Shown here: piece by piece, positions 1 to 11,799 of the stretch
Numbering within the stretch: the stretch's first letter is position 1
How the letters are laid out: the number at the start of each line of letters is the position of its first letter
Assembly (NCBI RefSeq): GCF_006345805.1
Contig: NC_043021.1
Location: forward strand, 24,676,001 to 24,740,000
DNA from: Octopus sinensis
Lineage: Eukaryota
Direction of reading: 5' to 3'
DNA: 64,000 nt
Position numbers and translations under genes: made by a program
Notes under the pieces: model-generated
Told to the model about the DNA's origin: nothing
The model's input: the letters and a program-made list of their open reading frames with translations, nothing else
Database searches by the model: none

Positions 1-770
1 TGGTCCTTTATTGACCCCAAAAGGATGAAAGGTAGAGTTGACCTTGATGGAAGCGAAACCCAAAATGCAAGGAGTTGGAAGAAATACCATTTGGCCCAGT
101 GCAGTAATAATGCTGCTGGATCACTACATTAATAATAATAATAATAATAATAATGGTTTTTGATTAAGGCACAAAGTTATTTTGAGGGGTGAGGACTGAT
201 ACCATCAACCCACCTCCCTCCCCCCACCAAACAAAAGATAAAATGCAAAATTGTCTTCAGCAGGGTTTGAAACCTCAATGTAAGATCAGATGTACTGCAA
301 AACATTTTATCCAACATTCTGATAACTCTGGCAGCTCAGATTGTTTCAAATTTTGACACAAAATTAGAGGACAGGGTTCAGTTAATTACATCAACCCCAG
401 GACATAACAGGTACTTTATTGGCCCTAAAAGGATGAAAATCAAAAATGACCTCTGTGGAATTTAAAGAAATGGTAGAATTGCCGCTAAGCATTTGCCTGA
501 CACAAACTTTCACCACAATAATAATAATATAATAATAATAATGGTTTCAAATTTTGCCACAAGGGCAGCGGCTTTGGAAGAGATGAGTCGATTGCATTGA
601 CCCCCTAGTGTTCAACTGGTACTTATTTTATCGACCCCAAAAGGATGAAAGGCAAAGTTAACCTTGCCAGAATTTTGACTCAGAATGTAAAGACTGATGA
701 AACGCCACTAAACAATTTCGTCCAGCTTACTAACAATCTGACCAGTTCACAAACTTTCACCACCGTGGTG
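1..770 (-). mobile_element. Cluster of three degenerate family B SINEs in the same orientation, separated by (AAT)n tails
   Basis: GACCCCAAAAGGATGAAAGG-like core at about 14, 421 and 633. Related copies at about 10440-10710, 14100-14280 and 63000-63090. Confidence 0.7.
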
Positions 771-1768
771 GTTACAGTAATAATAATAATAATAATTATA
801 AACAAATGAAGAAAAACATTAAATTTTGCAAGCTTCATTTTTTTTTATTTATTTTCAATTCACTTTATTAATTTAAATGACAAAAAAATGGTTCTAGAAA
901 GGAAAGGTAGGGTATAGAGGTGGGATAGGGTAGTGGGGAGACAGAGGCCATCCAAAGGGAAAAGATGAGAGAGAAAAAAAGAGATTGAGAAGAAGAAGAA
1001 GAAGAAGAATGCTAATGAAGGAGAAGAGAATGAAGAGGAAATAGAGAGACGAGAGAGAGAGAGAGAGAGAGTCAGAAATAAGAATTTGAGAAATTACAAC
1101 ACAATCAACGTGTGTGTGTGTGTGTGTGTCACCTTAAAAGAAAGTATGGATGTATGTAGTTATACATACACATGTGCATGCACACATACACACTGAAAGT
1201 CCATTGCAGAAATGCATGCGTATGGAGGTGAAATTTACTGACCAAGTGAACAGTTACACCAAACACACACACACACACACACACATTACAGATTTTTTGT
1301 TTTTTAGCATTTTCAAATAAAGAAAATTTTAAATATAAATAAAATAAAATTTAAAACTGGTCTGAAATTTTATGGAAAATGGTAAATAAATTAAAAAAAT
1401 AAAGAAAAATCTTTGCAACCAAGCAACAAAATGAAGAAGCATTGCATAAAACAAGAGGCAGACAACCGAATGCGGAGAGATGCAGGCCCACTGACATAGC
1501 AGTGCAGGGGAGTCCTCTGGTGGCATCGTAAGGTCACATCACCATGACAACTTGTTAATTTGAAGTAGGAACAGGGTTGAGAAGCAAAGGATCAGAACAT
1601 ATATATACACACACACACACACACATACGTGTGTATATTATATACACATACAACAATTTGTGGCCAATAGTGTTGTTAGTGACACATTTCCAAAGAATCA
1701 ATCACTGTCAGTATTTCTGACAGAATGTTAAGGGAGGATTTCACTTTCTCACAGATGTAATGTCAAAA

Positions 1769-1807
<39 letters not shown>

Positions 1808-2125
1808 TATATATACATATATTAATTAATAATAATAATATTAGGGAATAAATCCAAACTTACAGGGAAAAATTAGATTTAGGATTAAATCAAATTTTAT
1901 AGTATATATAAAATTTATAAGTTTAAATTATTTAAATAATTTTTTATTTTTAAATTAATTTTATGTATTGGCTTATGTCTTTCACTGTTTGATTTGCCTA
2001 ACAGTGGTTTTATCTCTAATTTAATATTATATATACATATATACAATATATATATATATATAAACAGAATGAGATAAAAAAAATCCAAGGCTGTGAATAG
2101 TTTTCAGAGCATTTATAAAGAGAAG

Positions 2126-2173
2126 GTCTTACAGCTGTTTCTGGGATATTTTATATATCCCTTCATCGGAGAC
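2126..2173 (-). ncRNA. Type I hammerhead motif, variant core (CCGAUGA)
   Basis: Inverted copy of 2473-2520, with U4->C in the core and A instead of C just before GAAA. Confidence 0.6.
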
Positions 2174-2472
2174 GGTGTGAGATAATGTTCAATAGTTATT
2201 ATAGAGAAGATATCAAATACAGTGTGAAGCGAGGGAATGAAAACAGACGTGAGACAGGTAAGGATACTGTATTTGCAGTTCCATTATTTAAGCAGAATGG
2301 TGCATATATAACTCGCACACAAGGAACAGGGAACTTATATATACACCATTCTGCTTAAATAATGGAACTGTAGATACAATATCCTTGCATATCTCACGTC
2401 TGTTTTCATCCCTCCACTTCACTCTCTATTTCATATCTTCTCTATAATAACTATTAAACATTTTCTCACACC

Positions 2473-2520
2473 GTCTCTGATGAAGGGATATATAAAATAT
2501 CCCCGAAACAGCTGTAAGAC
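2473..2520 (+). ncRNA. Type I minimal hammerhead ribozyme motif
   Basis: GUCU-CUGAUGA-A-GGGAUAU(AUAAA)AUAUCCC-C-GAA-ACAGCUGU-A-AGAC: intact core, 4-bp stem I, 7-bp stem II, palindromic stem III, predicted cleavage after GUA at 2516. Confidence 0.8.
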
Positions 2521-2909
2521 CTTCTCTTTATAAATGTTCTGAAAACTATTCACAGCCTTGGATTTTTTTTTATCTCACTCTGTTAATTTTATATATATAT
2601 ATGCTAATTAATACACGACCCACAGACTCCTCATTCGTATCATTATCGAACCTGGAGCTTAACTATAGTCTGTCCATAGCACTTACTCTGCAGTACGTGA
2701 CACCTTTGGGTCTTATTGACACCATTACCTCTCATACCATATCTATGCATACACACAACGGGCTTCTCCATCTACCAAATCCACTCAAGACTTTGATTGG
2801 CCTGAGGCTATTCCAGAAGACACTTGCCCAAGGTACCATGCAGTTGGAGTGAACCCAGAACCGTGTGGTTGGGAAGCAATCTTCTTACCCACACAGCTAC
2901 ACGTGTGTG

Positions 2910-2953
<44 letters not shown>

Positions 2954-3113
2954 GCACATATATATATTTTATAAAAGTAAATGTAACAAATATAGAAATG
3001 CTTATCCAGTTAAAGGGGGAAAAAAAAACAAAAAACCTTTGAACCTATGATTTTCCCCCTTTTACCTAAAACATTTGATTTGTATGGATTCTTAACCCCT
3101 TTTCAACTACTTT

Positions 3114-3147
<34 letters not shown>

Positions 3148-3314
3148 GTCTGTTTATATATATATATATATATATATAAACAGACTTCTGCAGTTTTGAT
3201 CAACCAAACTCCCCTGGGTGAAGATACTTACTCAAGGTCCTGTACAATGGGATCAAACACTTGACAGAGAAGCTAACTTCTTAACCACAATGCAATACAT
3301 ACTACCATGTGTGT

Positions 3315-3411
<97 letters not shown>

Positions 3412-3415
3412 ATAG

Positions 3416-3942
3416 CAGATATATTATTGTATTATAGACACATCACCACCACAAGACAAGCTACAAAAAAATTGGTAACTAAAATCAATTCAGTTCCGGT
3501 ACTAAAGTTGGAACTGATTGTTTGATTCCCAAGACTTTTGCCAACTTGGAACTTTTTTCAATCCCAACCACTGCCAAAAGCAAAAATTTTCAAATAAATC
3601 TGTTTTCTAAGAATTCGATTCCTTTTTATTTTTCCTTCCTATTCTCATGTATTTCAGTTTATTTTGTTTGCTAAGAGGAAACTGGGATGTCTACAATTTT
3701 GGCTGCCACAGCAGAAATCAGTAATATTTAGTGAAAGCAAAAGTTGCTTGAGAGAGAGAGAGAGCGAGAGAGAGAGAGAGAGAGAAAAAGAGAGGAGAAA
3801 AAAAAGAAGAGAGAGAGAGAGAAAGAGGAAGAGAGAGAGAGTGTGTGTGTGTGTGTGTGTGTTGTGTGTGTGTTTTTTGTGTTGTGTGTTGTGTGTGTGT
3901 GTTGTGTGTGTGGTGTGTGTGTGTGTGTGTTTGTGTGGTTGT

Positions 3943-4006
<64 letters not shown>

Positions 4007-4357
4007 TATATTATTGTATTATAGACACATCACCACCACAAGACAAGCTACAAAAAAATTGGTAACTAAAATCAATTCAGTTCCGACTAAAGTTGGAACT
4101 GATTGTTTGATTCCAAGACTTTTGCCAACTTGGAACTTTTTTCAATCCCAACCACTGCCAAAAGCAAAAATTTTCAAATAAATCTGTTTTCTAAGAATTC
4201 GATTCCTTTTTATTTTTCCTTCCTATTCTCATGTATTTCAGTTTATTTTGTTTGCTAAGAGGAACTGGGATGTCTACAATTTTGGCTGCCACAGCAGAAA
4301 TCAGTAATATTTAGTGAAAGCAAAAGTTGCTTGAGAGAGAGAGAGAGAGCGAGAGAG

Positions 4358-4388
<31 letters not shown>

Positions 4389-4430
4389 GAGAGAGAGAGA
4401 AAAGAGAGAGAGAGAGAGAGAGAGTGTGTG
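3416..4430. repeat. Direct tandem duplication with a 587-bp offset
   Basis: Unique core of about 335 bp at 3416 and 4003, each followed by (GA)n(GT)n; three small indels and no substitutions seen. Confidence 0.92.
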
Positions 4431-4431
4431 T

Positions 4432-4476
<45 letters not shown>

Positions 4477-4486
4477 TGTGTTTGTG

Positions 4487-4515
<29 letters not shown>

Positions 4516-4519
<4 letters not shown>

Positions 4520-4740
4520 GTGTGGTGTGTGTTGTGTTGTGTTGTTTTGTGTGTTTGTGTTGTGTTGTGTTGTGTTGTGTTGTGTTGTGTTGTGTTGTGT
4601 GTGTTGTGTTGTGTTGTGTTGTGTTGTGTTGTGTTGTGTTGTGTTGTGTTGTGTTGTGTTGTGTTGTGTTGTGTTGTGTTGTTTTGTGTTGTGTTGTGTT
4701 GTGTTGTGTTGTGTTGTGTTGTGTTGTGGTGTGTGTGTTG
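4516..4740. repeat. (GTGTT)n pentanucleotide microsatellite
   Basis: Directly visible; accounts for the CCVVL/HNTTQ ORFs. Confidence 0.95.
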
Positions 4741-4964
4741 TGTGTGTGTGTGTGTGTGGTGTGTGTGTGACATCTTAAACAACCATAATTCTGTTTCCAT
4801 CCTATGGAGTCATAAAAATATGTTTAAGTTTATTCAATAAATTTCTTTAAAGAATATTTAGTTGATTGCATTCCCGCAGAAAACTTAGTCAAGAACAGTA
4901 GTAGCCATCTTTAACTATTCTAACTTTATATACACACAAGAGAATATTCTGTTTGTAAAACACC

Positions 4965-5025
<61 letters not shown>

Positions 5026-5464
5026 CTCACTTGTATCTTTTATTGAGCACTACATATGGATGTAGACTGCTTCAACTTTGAATTTATATACACAAAAGAT
5101 TTTTCTTGCTCCAGTATGGCCACAATCCAATGATTAAAACGTGTGTGTGTGTGTGTGCATCACTTTCAGTAACAAAAAGTTTTTACTCTCTACTGATTGA
5201 TATATTTCTTTTCTGCCCAAATTACGAAAACAGTTTCCCCACATGACCACCCCTGCCCCCAGATAATCGTAGTAACAACAGAATAGTCAACTAACTCAAG
5301 TCAGTATTTGGTATGTATTTTATTGAATTTTCCAAGATGCAAAACAAACTCTGGCAAATAAATAAATAGGGCAATTCTCCTCCATAACAACGAAATACTT
5401 TGTACTTCAAATTCAAACACCGCATTGCACCCTGCCGTGTGCGAATGGGGTACTTAGTCTATCT

Positions 5465-5502
<38 letters not shown>

Positions 5503-5968
5503 GAGAATGGTACTTCTCATTCTTACCCACAAGTGTAGTGTTACATACCTGCATAGAAAGCTGCAAATCTGCAATTAGAATACATTTTTTAACATGCAGT
5601 GTTTGAAAAACTATCTCTATTGAGAAAGAGAGGGAGACAGACAGAGAGAGAGAGAGTTACAGAGGAAGAAAGATGCCTATCTTGGTTATGTAGTAAGCTT
5701 TAGAAGATTCACCAAAATCCCAGAAAGTCTTGCCTGTCCATCGTTGGCAAAGTAATCAGTAAACTTATCCACATGACACCAGACATTCAACAAATAAACA
5801 GAAAAACACATCATCATCATCATCATTTAACATCCGCTTCTTCATGCTGGCATGGGTTGGATGGCCTGGCAAGAACAGACAAGCCAGAGGATTTTGCCAG
5901 ATTCCATGTAGGTCTGGGCATGGTTTCTACAGCTGGATGCCTTTTCCTAACGCCAACCACACATTCTT

Positions 5969-6060
<92 letters not shown>

Positions 6061-8889
6061 GGGGTGAAAGAAAGGTTTTCTAAAGGAGATATATATGTGT
6101 GTATACATACACATATATATATGATCTTTCATAGATATAATCTGCACAACACACACATACATTAGATGTGTGCAGTACAGAGTCTCGGCAAAAAAAAAAA
6201 GAAAAAAATTTTCTATTTTTCTTTTTCTTTCTTTTTTTACTAATGCCAGTTGTTGTAAATCATTAAGATGAGAGAAGCTGGATAAATTTTAGAAACCAAT
6301 CATTACTTCTTAGAATTCAGAAGATTTTAAGAGTAAAATGACTTGCAATAACAAGATGATTGTTTTGTATTGAAGTCGGCATTGTTCTTGAAAAATCTAC
6401 CAAAAAAGTTGGTAGCCTTGTCCAAGACAAGTTGAGGAACTTTTGAGTTAAAACCAATTTGGGAGTAATAGCCTCTTCTTTTCCCTTCCAAATAAGGAAG
6501 AAATTGATAAAAGGCTGGACTGATCAAATTCAACAACACTCAATATATTACTGGTATTATATTAGCTGGATTGTTTGACATGGAAACATCAGGGAATGCT
6601 TAAAACTCCAAAAGAATTTTGAACTCAAAACTGCGAAAACGAAATCTAATTTTTGTTAAATCAATTTATGCCCAAATTCCAGTATTTCCATGATGATGAT
6701 GATGATGATGATGATAGCCATTACTGGTCTTTTAAACCTCTTGAATCTACTTTCTGTTAAAACTTTCTAACTCCAAAACTAATCCACTTTGCAGATTAAT
6801 TTACTAACGATGCTTGGACAACCCAACTGTGACCAATGACAAACAAGACTAGTCTGGATTTCCCAGCAGCTAAAAACATTAATATCTACAGGACCATGGC
6901 CACCACCAATGACAACATCACAGAATAAGAGTTTATAGTTGATGCACAATGTATGCCTGCTGTTCCTGAAAGTGTTTTCTAAAACAGAAGACAATCCATC
7001 AAATGACCATCCCTTAATATTCTGATCAGGTTTTCTCTTTAATTAATCCAAGGATACTAAAAACTCCTTCGAAAGAGGAGTCCAATAGAAAGCCAGACCC
7101 AAAATTATTTATGCTTCAGGAGGGACCCTTAAGATCTGTCCATTTGTAAAGTTTATTCTAATCAGAAGTTACAAAGTAACACCAGAGCCAACTTGCATGT
7201 CACTTAATAACTGCCTACAAACTTGGAATTAAATAGATACACACACACACACACACACACAGAGCCGTGGTTACGTTGGTTTCAGGTTCAGTCCCACTAT
7301 CTAACACTTTGGCTAAGTGCCTTTGTCTATAGCCCAGGGCTACACAATGCTTTAAGTGAATCTGATAAACAAGAACAATAGAAAAAGCCCATCACATGGT
7401 GGGTGTATAATGTGTGTCTGCATAGACACGGTTGTCTTTGTCCTTCACTGTTTGACAACTGGTGTTGGTTTGTTTACTTCCCCAAACGTCAACTTAAGCA
7501 AAAAATAAAGAAAACTGATCGACTAAACACCAGGCTTGAAAGAAATCAATTTGACTCAACACTTCAATGCTCCAGAATGACCACAGTCAATAGCTAAAGT
7601 CAGCATGTGAAGCAAGTGAGATAACTTTGCCATGAGCCACATCATAGAATATGGGGTCAAAATGAAGCCATAATTCTCTCTTACAATAAACTAGTTTATA
7701 TGAATTCAACCACAAATGAAAAATTGAACAAGTTTGATTCTACCGAAAATCTTCCTGTGTTGCAATTACTGCATCCACGACCAATCGACAGCAAGTGAAA
7801 TGTCTTGTCAGGGGGTGGATTGAAAACAGAACAAATGAGAAGGAAACAACCAAGCGACAGTGTTGCCATGAAGTAGTGAGCTCCTGACAATAGGAGACTT
7901 GGGGAATCCCTTATAATCTAACCCTGCTCCATTTGAGATTTTGTTCATCAAAGACAAAAAATTGCCATGTGTTTTATTCTTCCATCCCCAACTCAAAGGA
8001 TTGTGGGGTGGGGGCATGTCTTTTTACCCTTTTTTTTCCTTACATTCATCCTTAAATGGTAGGGAGACCTTTGGTTTGTTCTGTTTTCTTTTTTTTTCAA
8101 ATTTCAACATTAAACAAGGGTTTAAATCTTTTACAAACTAAATCAATCCAACTTAGTAGTGGTAGCCACAGGGTAGGACCAGTTGTCAGTCAAGTAGACT
8201 GTGGCAGTAGAGATTTGTTGTTTGGTAACAACATAAACAAAAAAGTAGCTGTAGTCAATTAATGCAACAAACCACTTGACCTCACATAACTAATTTTAAA
8301 AAATGTCAACAGCAAATTGGAGAGCGGCGGTGGTGGCAATAATGTCATTAGAAAAAAAGTATAGTGCTCCCTTGTAAGTGTAATCATTGTTATTATCCTT
8401 GTGATCATTTCATTGCACTCCCAAACATAAGTACAAGCTAAAATGAAACAAAAAGGAGAAAGAAAAGAAAAACTAATGACAGCATCCTCCATTTTCTCAA
8501 TTACGATTGTTAACGAGCACATGTATTGGAGAAAACAAAGGAAGAAACAAAATTTTTTTTAAAATACGTATTTGCATCTCACACAACACAGAGTCAGCCT
8601 TGGCATTGAATGAAGCCAGCCTCGGTTGAATAGCCATTCAGATAGTTGTTATTCTTGTATTTTTATAGTTATATATACAGGAATGTGTGTGTGTGTGTAT
8701 TTGAAAAAAAGAAGAGAGACAGAGCTGCAGGAAGATAAACAATTAAGCTATGGACAGTTATTAGATAAATATTCTGAAATCACAAAAGCAGTGACAAAAA
8801 AAAAAAGAAGAAGAAGAAGAATGAAACTCAGTGTATTTATTAGTAATGACACCATTAAATCATCATTTCACTTCATGCAAGAGAGGGGG

Positions 8890-9094
8890 GAGAGAGAGAG
8901 AGCTAAATTAGTATTGATTAGAGATTAAGCTATATTAAAGAGAAACAAATAACAATTCATGGAAAACAAAAGTGATTGAAAGAGTGTTTCTTAAATAAAA
9001 ATAAACGAAAAGAAAGCGATGCAACTCTTGGCCTTCCAGACTCTCTCTCTCTCTCTCTCTCTCGCTCCTGTCAAAGATAAAACATAAAGTGTAA

Positions 9095-9144
<50 letters not shown>

Positions 9145-9285
9145 GCATATATACACACATACAATTCAAAGAGAAAAATTAATATTGAGAGAAGAATGTG
9201 AGGTGGCCCAGATGAGACGGAACAGGGTGGTTGTACTGGTGGTGATAGTGGTGGTGGTGGTGGTGGTGGTCTGGAGAAGGAGAAG

Positions 9286-9327
<42 letters not shown>

Positions 9328-9767
9328 TGGGTGTTTGAGGATCATGCAAAGTAGCACCCACATTGTATTTGAACTTAACAAGGTGGGAGAGAGAGAGAGG
9401 GAGGGAGAGAGGGTAGAGAGAGAGAGGGAGAGAGAGAGAGGGAGGGAGAGAGATGCTAAAACAATGTGAAGACGACAGAGTTGAGAAAGAACAAAAGACA
9501 AAGGGTGAAAGAAAGAGAGTGAATGAAAGAGAGACGGAGAGAAAGAGAGAATTTAATAAACAAAAAAGTTTCTATTTATACATTTTAAGATCTTGTTGTT
9601 GTTGTTGTTGTTGTGGTTATCATTTCTGCATTCGAAGAGTTCTTTTTATTTTGTTTGTTTTTTTTTCCTTTTTTTTAAAAGTTCTTCCTTTTAAGCTCCA
9701 GATTTTATTTCTTCTTTTAAATTTCAATTAATTAATATATAATTATTGTGTGGGAGGGAGTGAGAAA

Positions 9768-9802
<35 letters not shown>

Positions 9803-10115
9803 TCGTCAAAGTCATTTTACAAAACAAAAAACAGGTTTGTTTCATGCTTCATTTTTTTGTTGGTTGTTTTTTTTAAATATGAACAAACAGATAAAAAACA
9901 AATGAGACAAAATAGCTGTTATTAAAATCAAATACTGCTGGATGAAAAGCTTACCATATTAAGATTCATAGTTGTAATAATAATAATAATAATATAATAA
10001 TAATAATGATAATAATGATAATGATAATAATAATAATAATAGGTGTGGGTGATAGTAATATTAACTGGAGTAGCAATAGTAGTAGTAGTAGTGGTGGTGG
10101 TGGTGGTGGTGGTAG
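8890..10115. repeat. Dense simple-repeat zone: (GA)n, (CA)n, (GGT)n, (GTT)n, (AAT)n
   Basis: Directly visible tracts. Confidence 0.9.
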
Positions 10116-10734
10116 TAACAGTTATGGCTTATAATAATCTCTCACATTTGATACAAAGCGTTAGATTCTTTGGAGTGTGAAGTGTAGTTGTGATGTTCAA
10201 TCATTCCGCAAAGTCACAGATTAATTAAGATAAGTTGAAGGTGGCTACAGGTGGAAATTGAAACGAGGTCACAAAACTCAGTTAACTGGGAGGTGGTGGT
10301 AGTGGTGGGGAAGAGGGAACTTACCTCTACTCTACAGAGCTCACCACAATAATAATAATAATAATCATAATCATAATAACTATGATGGTTTCTAGCTGGC
10401 CGACTACCAAACAGCCTGTGGCAGGGCACAACAGTTTCAAACCACCCTTAATACATACATTACATACAGGGTACTTATTTTATGAACCCCAGAAGGGTTA
10501 AAGGCAAAGTGAAGCCATATGGTTTTTTTTTTTTTGTCTTCAGGAGAAAGGGATGTAACTAAATATCACAATAATATCTAATATAGGCATAGGGGCCAGA
10601 TTAGAGGGAGAGGAAAGGGATTAGTCAATTAAAATGACCCCAGTGCATGACTGGTACTTTATTCTATCGACCCTGGAAGGATGAAAGGCAAAGTTGACCT
10701 CGGCAGGATACCAATAAAAATAATATTTCAAGAA

Positions 10735-11272
10735 TATTTTTATTGTGTTCTTTTATTTCATAGAATTTTTTTTTCTTTTTGCTTTTTTCTTTTTTATTAT
10801 ACATGTTCCATGCTAGTTCCAACTTTCATTTAAACAAGAATTTTTTTTTGTTTTTGTTTTCTCCTTCAAACAGAACTCCTAAACAACTATAAAACAATTC
10901 TACAGAAGCACACAACAGCACTTTAAAAAATAAATTTAAAAAACACTTTAAAAATTGGGATGGAAAAATAGTAACAATAAAAAATAATTGAAATAATAAT
11001 TATTATAATAATAATAATAGTAATAATAATAATAATAATCATAATACAACTGCTGATATTCAAATGTTATCAAATCTACACATATGGTTCCAGCACAAAA
11101 ACCAGTTAATATATATCAATATATATATATATACATATATATATATATGTATATATATACATATATACATATATATATGTATGTATGTATACGTGTATAT
11201 GTATGTATGTGTTTCTGTTGTGTCAGGATTGTAAGTATATATGTATCAGCACGTGTATGTATGTGTATGTGT

Positions 11273-11319
<47 letters not shown>

Positions 11320-11472
11320 TATATACATATATATATATATATGTATATATATACATATATACATATATATATATATATGTATGTATGTATACGTGTATAT
11401 GTATGTATGTGTTTCTGTTGTGTCAGGATTGTAAGTATATATGTATCAGCACGTGTATGTATGTGTATGTGT

Positions 11473-11526
<54 letters not shown>

Positions 11527-11725
11527 TTCTGAATCTATATGTGTTTCTTGCAGTAGTGTCACAATATTGCATGGTCTGCTGTTGTTAGCTTATTCAGTTG
11601 TTCACTCATTAGTCTGTTTATTCGTTCATTCATCAGTCATGCCAACGTAACCAGCCGGCTCGTGGATGACTTTTGCCAAAACACACCAAGACCATAAAAA
11701 AAACTCCAAGTGTAAACTTGCCACT
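10735..11725 (-). promoter_or_regulatory. Probable proximal LIS1 3' UTR with candidate AATAAA signals
   Basis: Directly after the stop. AATAAA on the minus strand at 11617-11622 and several more near 10739-10798. The true 3' end cannot be determined from sequence. Confidence 0.4.
11178..11480. repeat. 200-bp-period duplication bounded by (TA)n
   Basis: Identical segment of about 100 bp, ACGTGTATATG...CAGCACGTG...GTTATATATA, at 11191 and 11391. Confidence 0.9.
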
Positions 11726-11799
11726 TTAGCGACACTCCCATACTTTCACAGATTGGTCCACACTCCCAGATATTACATAAGGAGCAGTCTTGTGCATAT
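11726..11799 (-). CDS. PAFAH1B1: LIS1 last coding exon: (D)[23 protein letters not shown]
   Basis: 74 nt including TAA; ttttccag| acceptor; conserved LIS1 C-terminus KVWECR. Confidence 0.97.

Larger units (their letters stand above)
2063..2584. mobile_element. Fold-back element (about 250-bp inverted arms, 23-nt spacer) with a hammerhead motif in each arm; probably Penelope-like-element derived
   Basis: 2063-2311 is the reverse complement of 2335-2584, with about 20 mismatches by manual count; (TA)n on both sides. PLE origin is inferred from the ribozyme type and the inverted layout; no PLE ORF is present. Confidence 0.75.

Noticed and set aside
906-938. Four G-tracts that could form a G-quadruplex
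   Set aside because: The first loop is long, the context is low-complexity purine-rich sequence, and this is expected by chance.
3664-4840. ORFs rich in ER, CV, YI and CCVVL
   Set aside because: Translations of (GA)n, (GT)n, (TA)n and (GTGTT)n microsatellites.
6300-7900. Minus-strand peptides faintly like LINE endonuclease or C-terminal motifs (ICSVFNPPP; GGGHGPVDI)
   Set aside because: Similarity is too weak and the spacing is inconsistent with an intact LINE.
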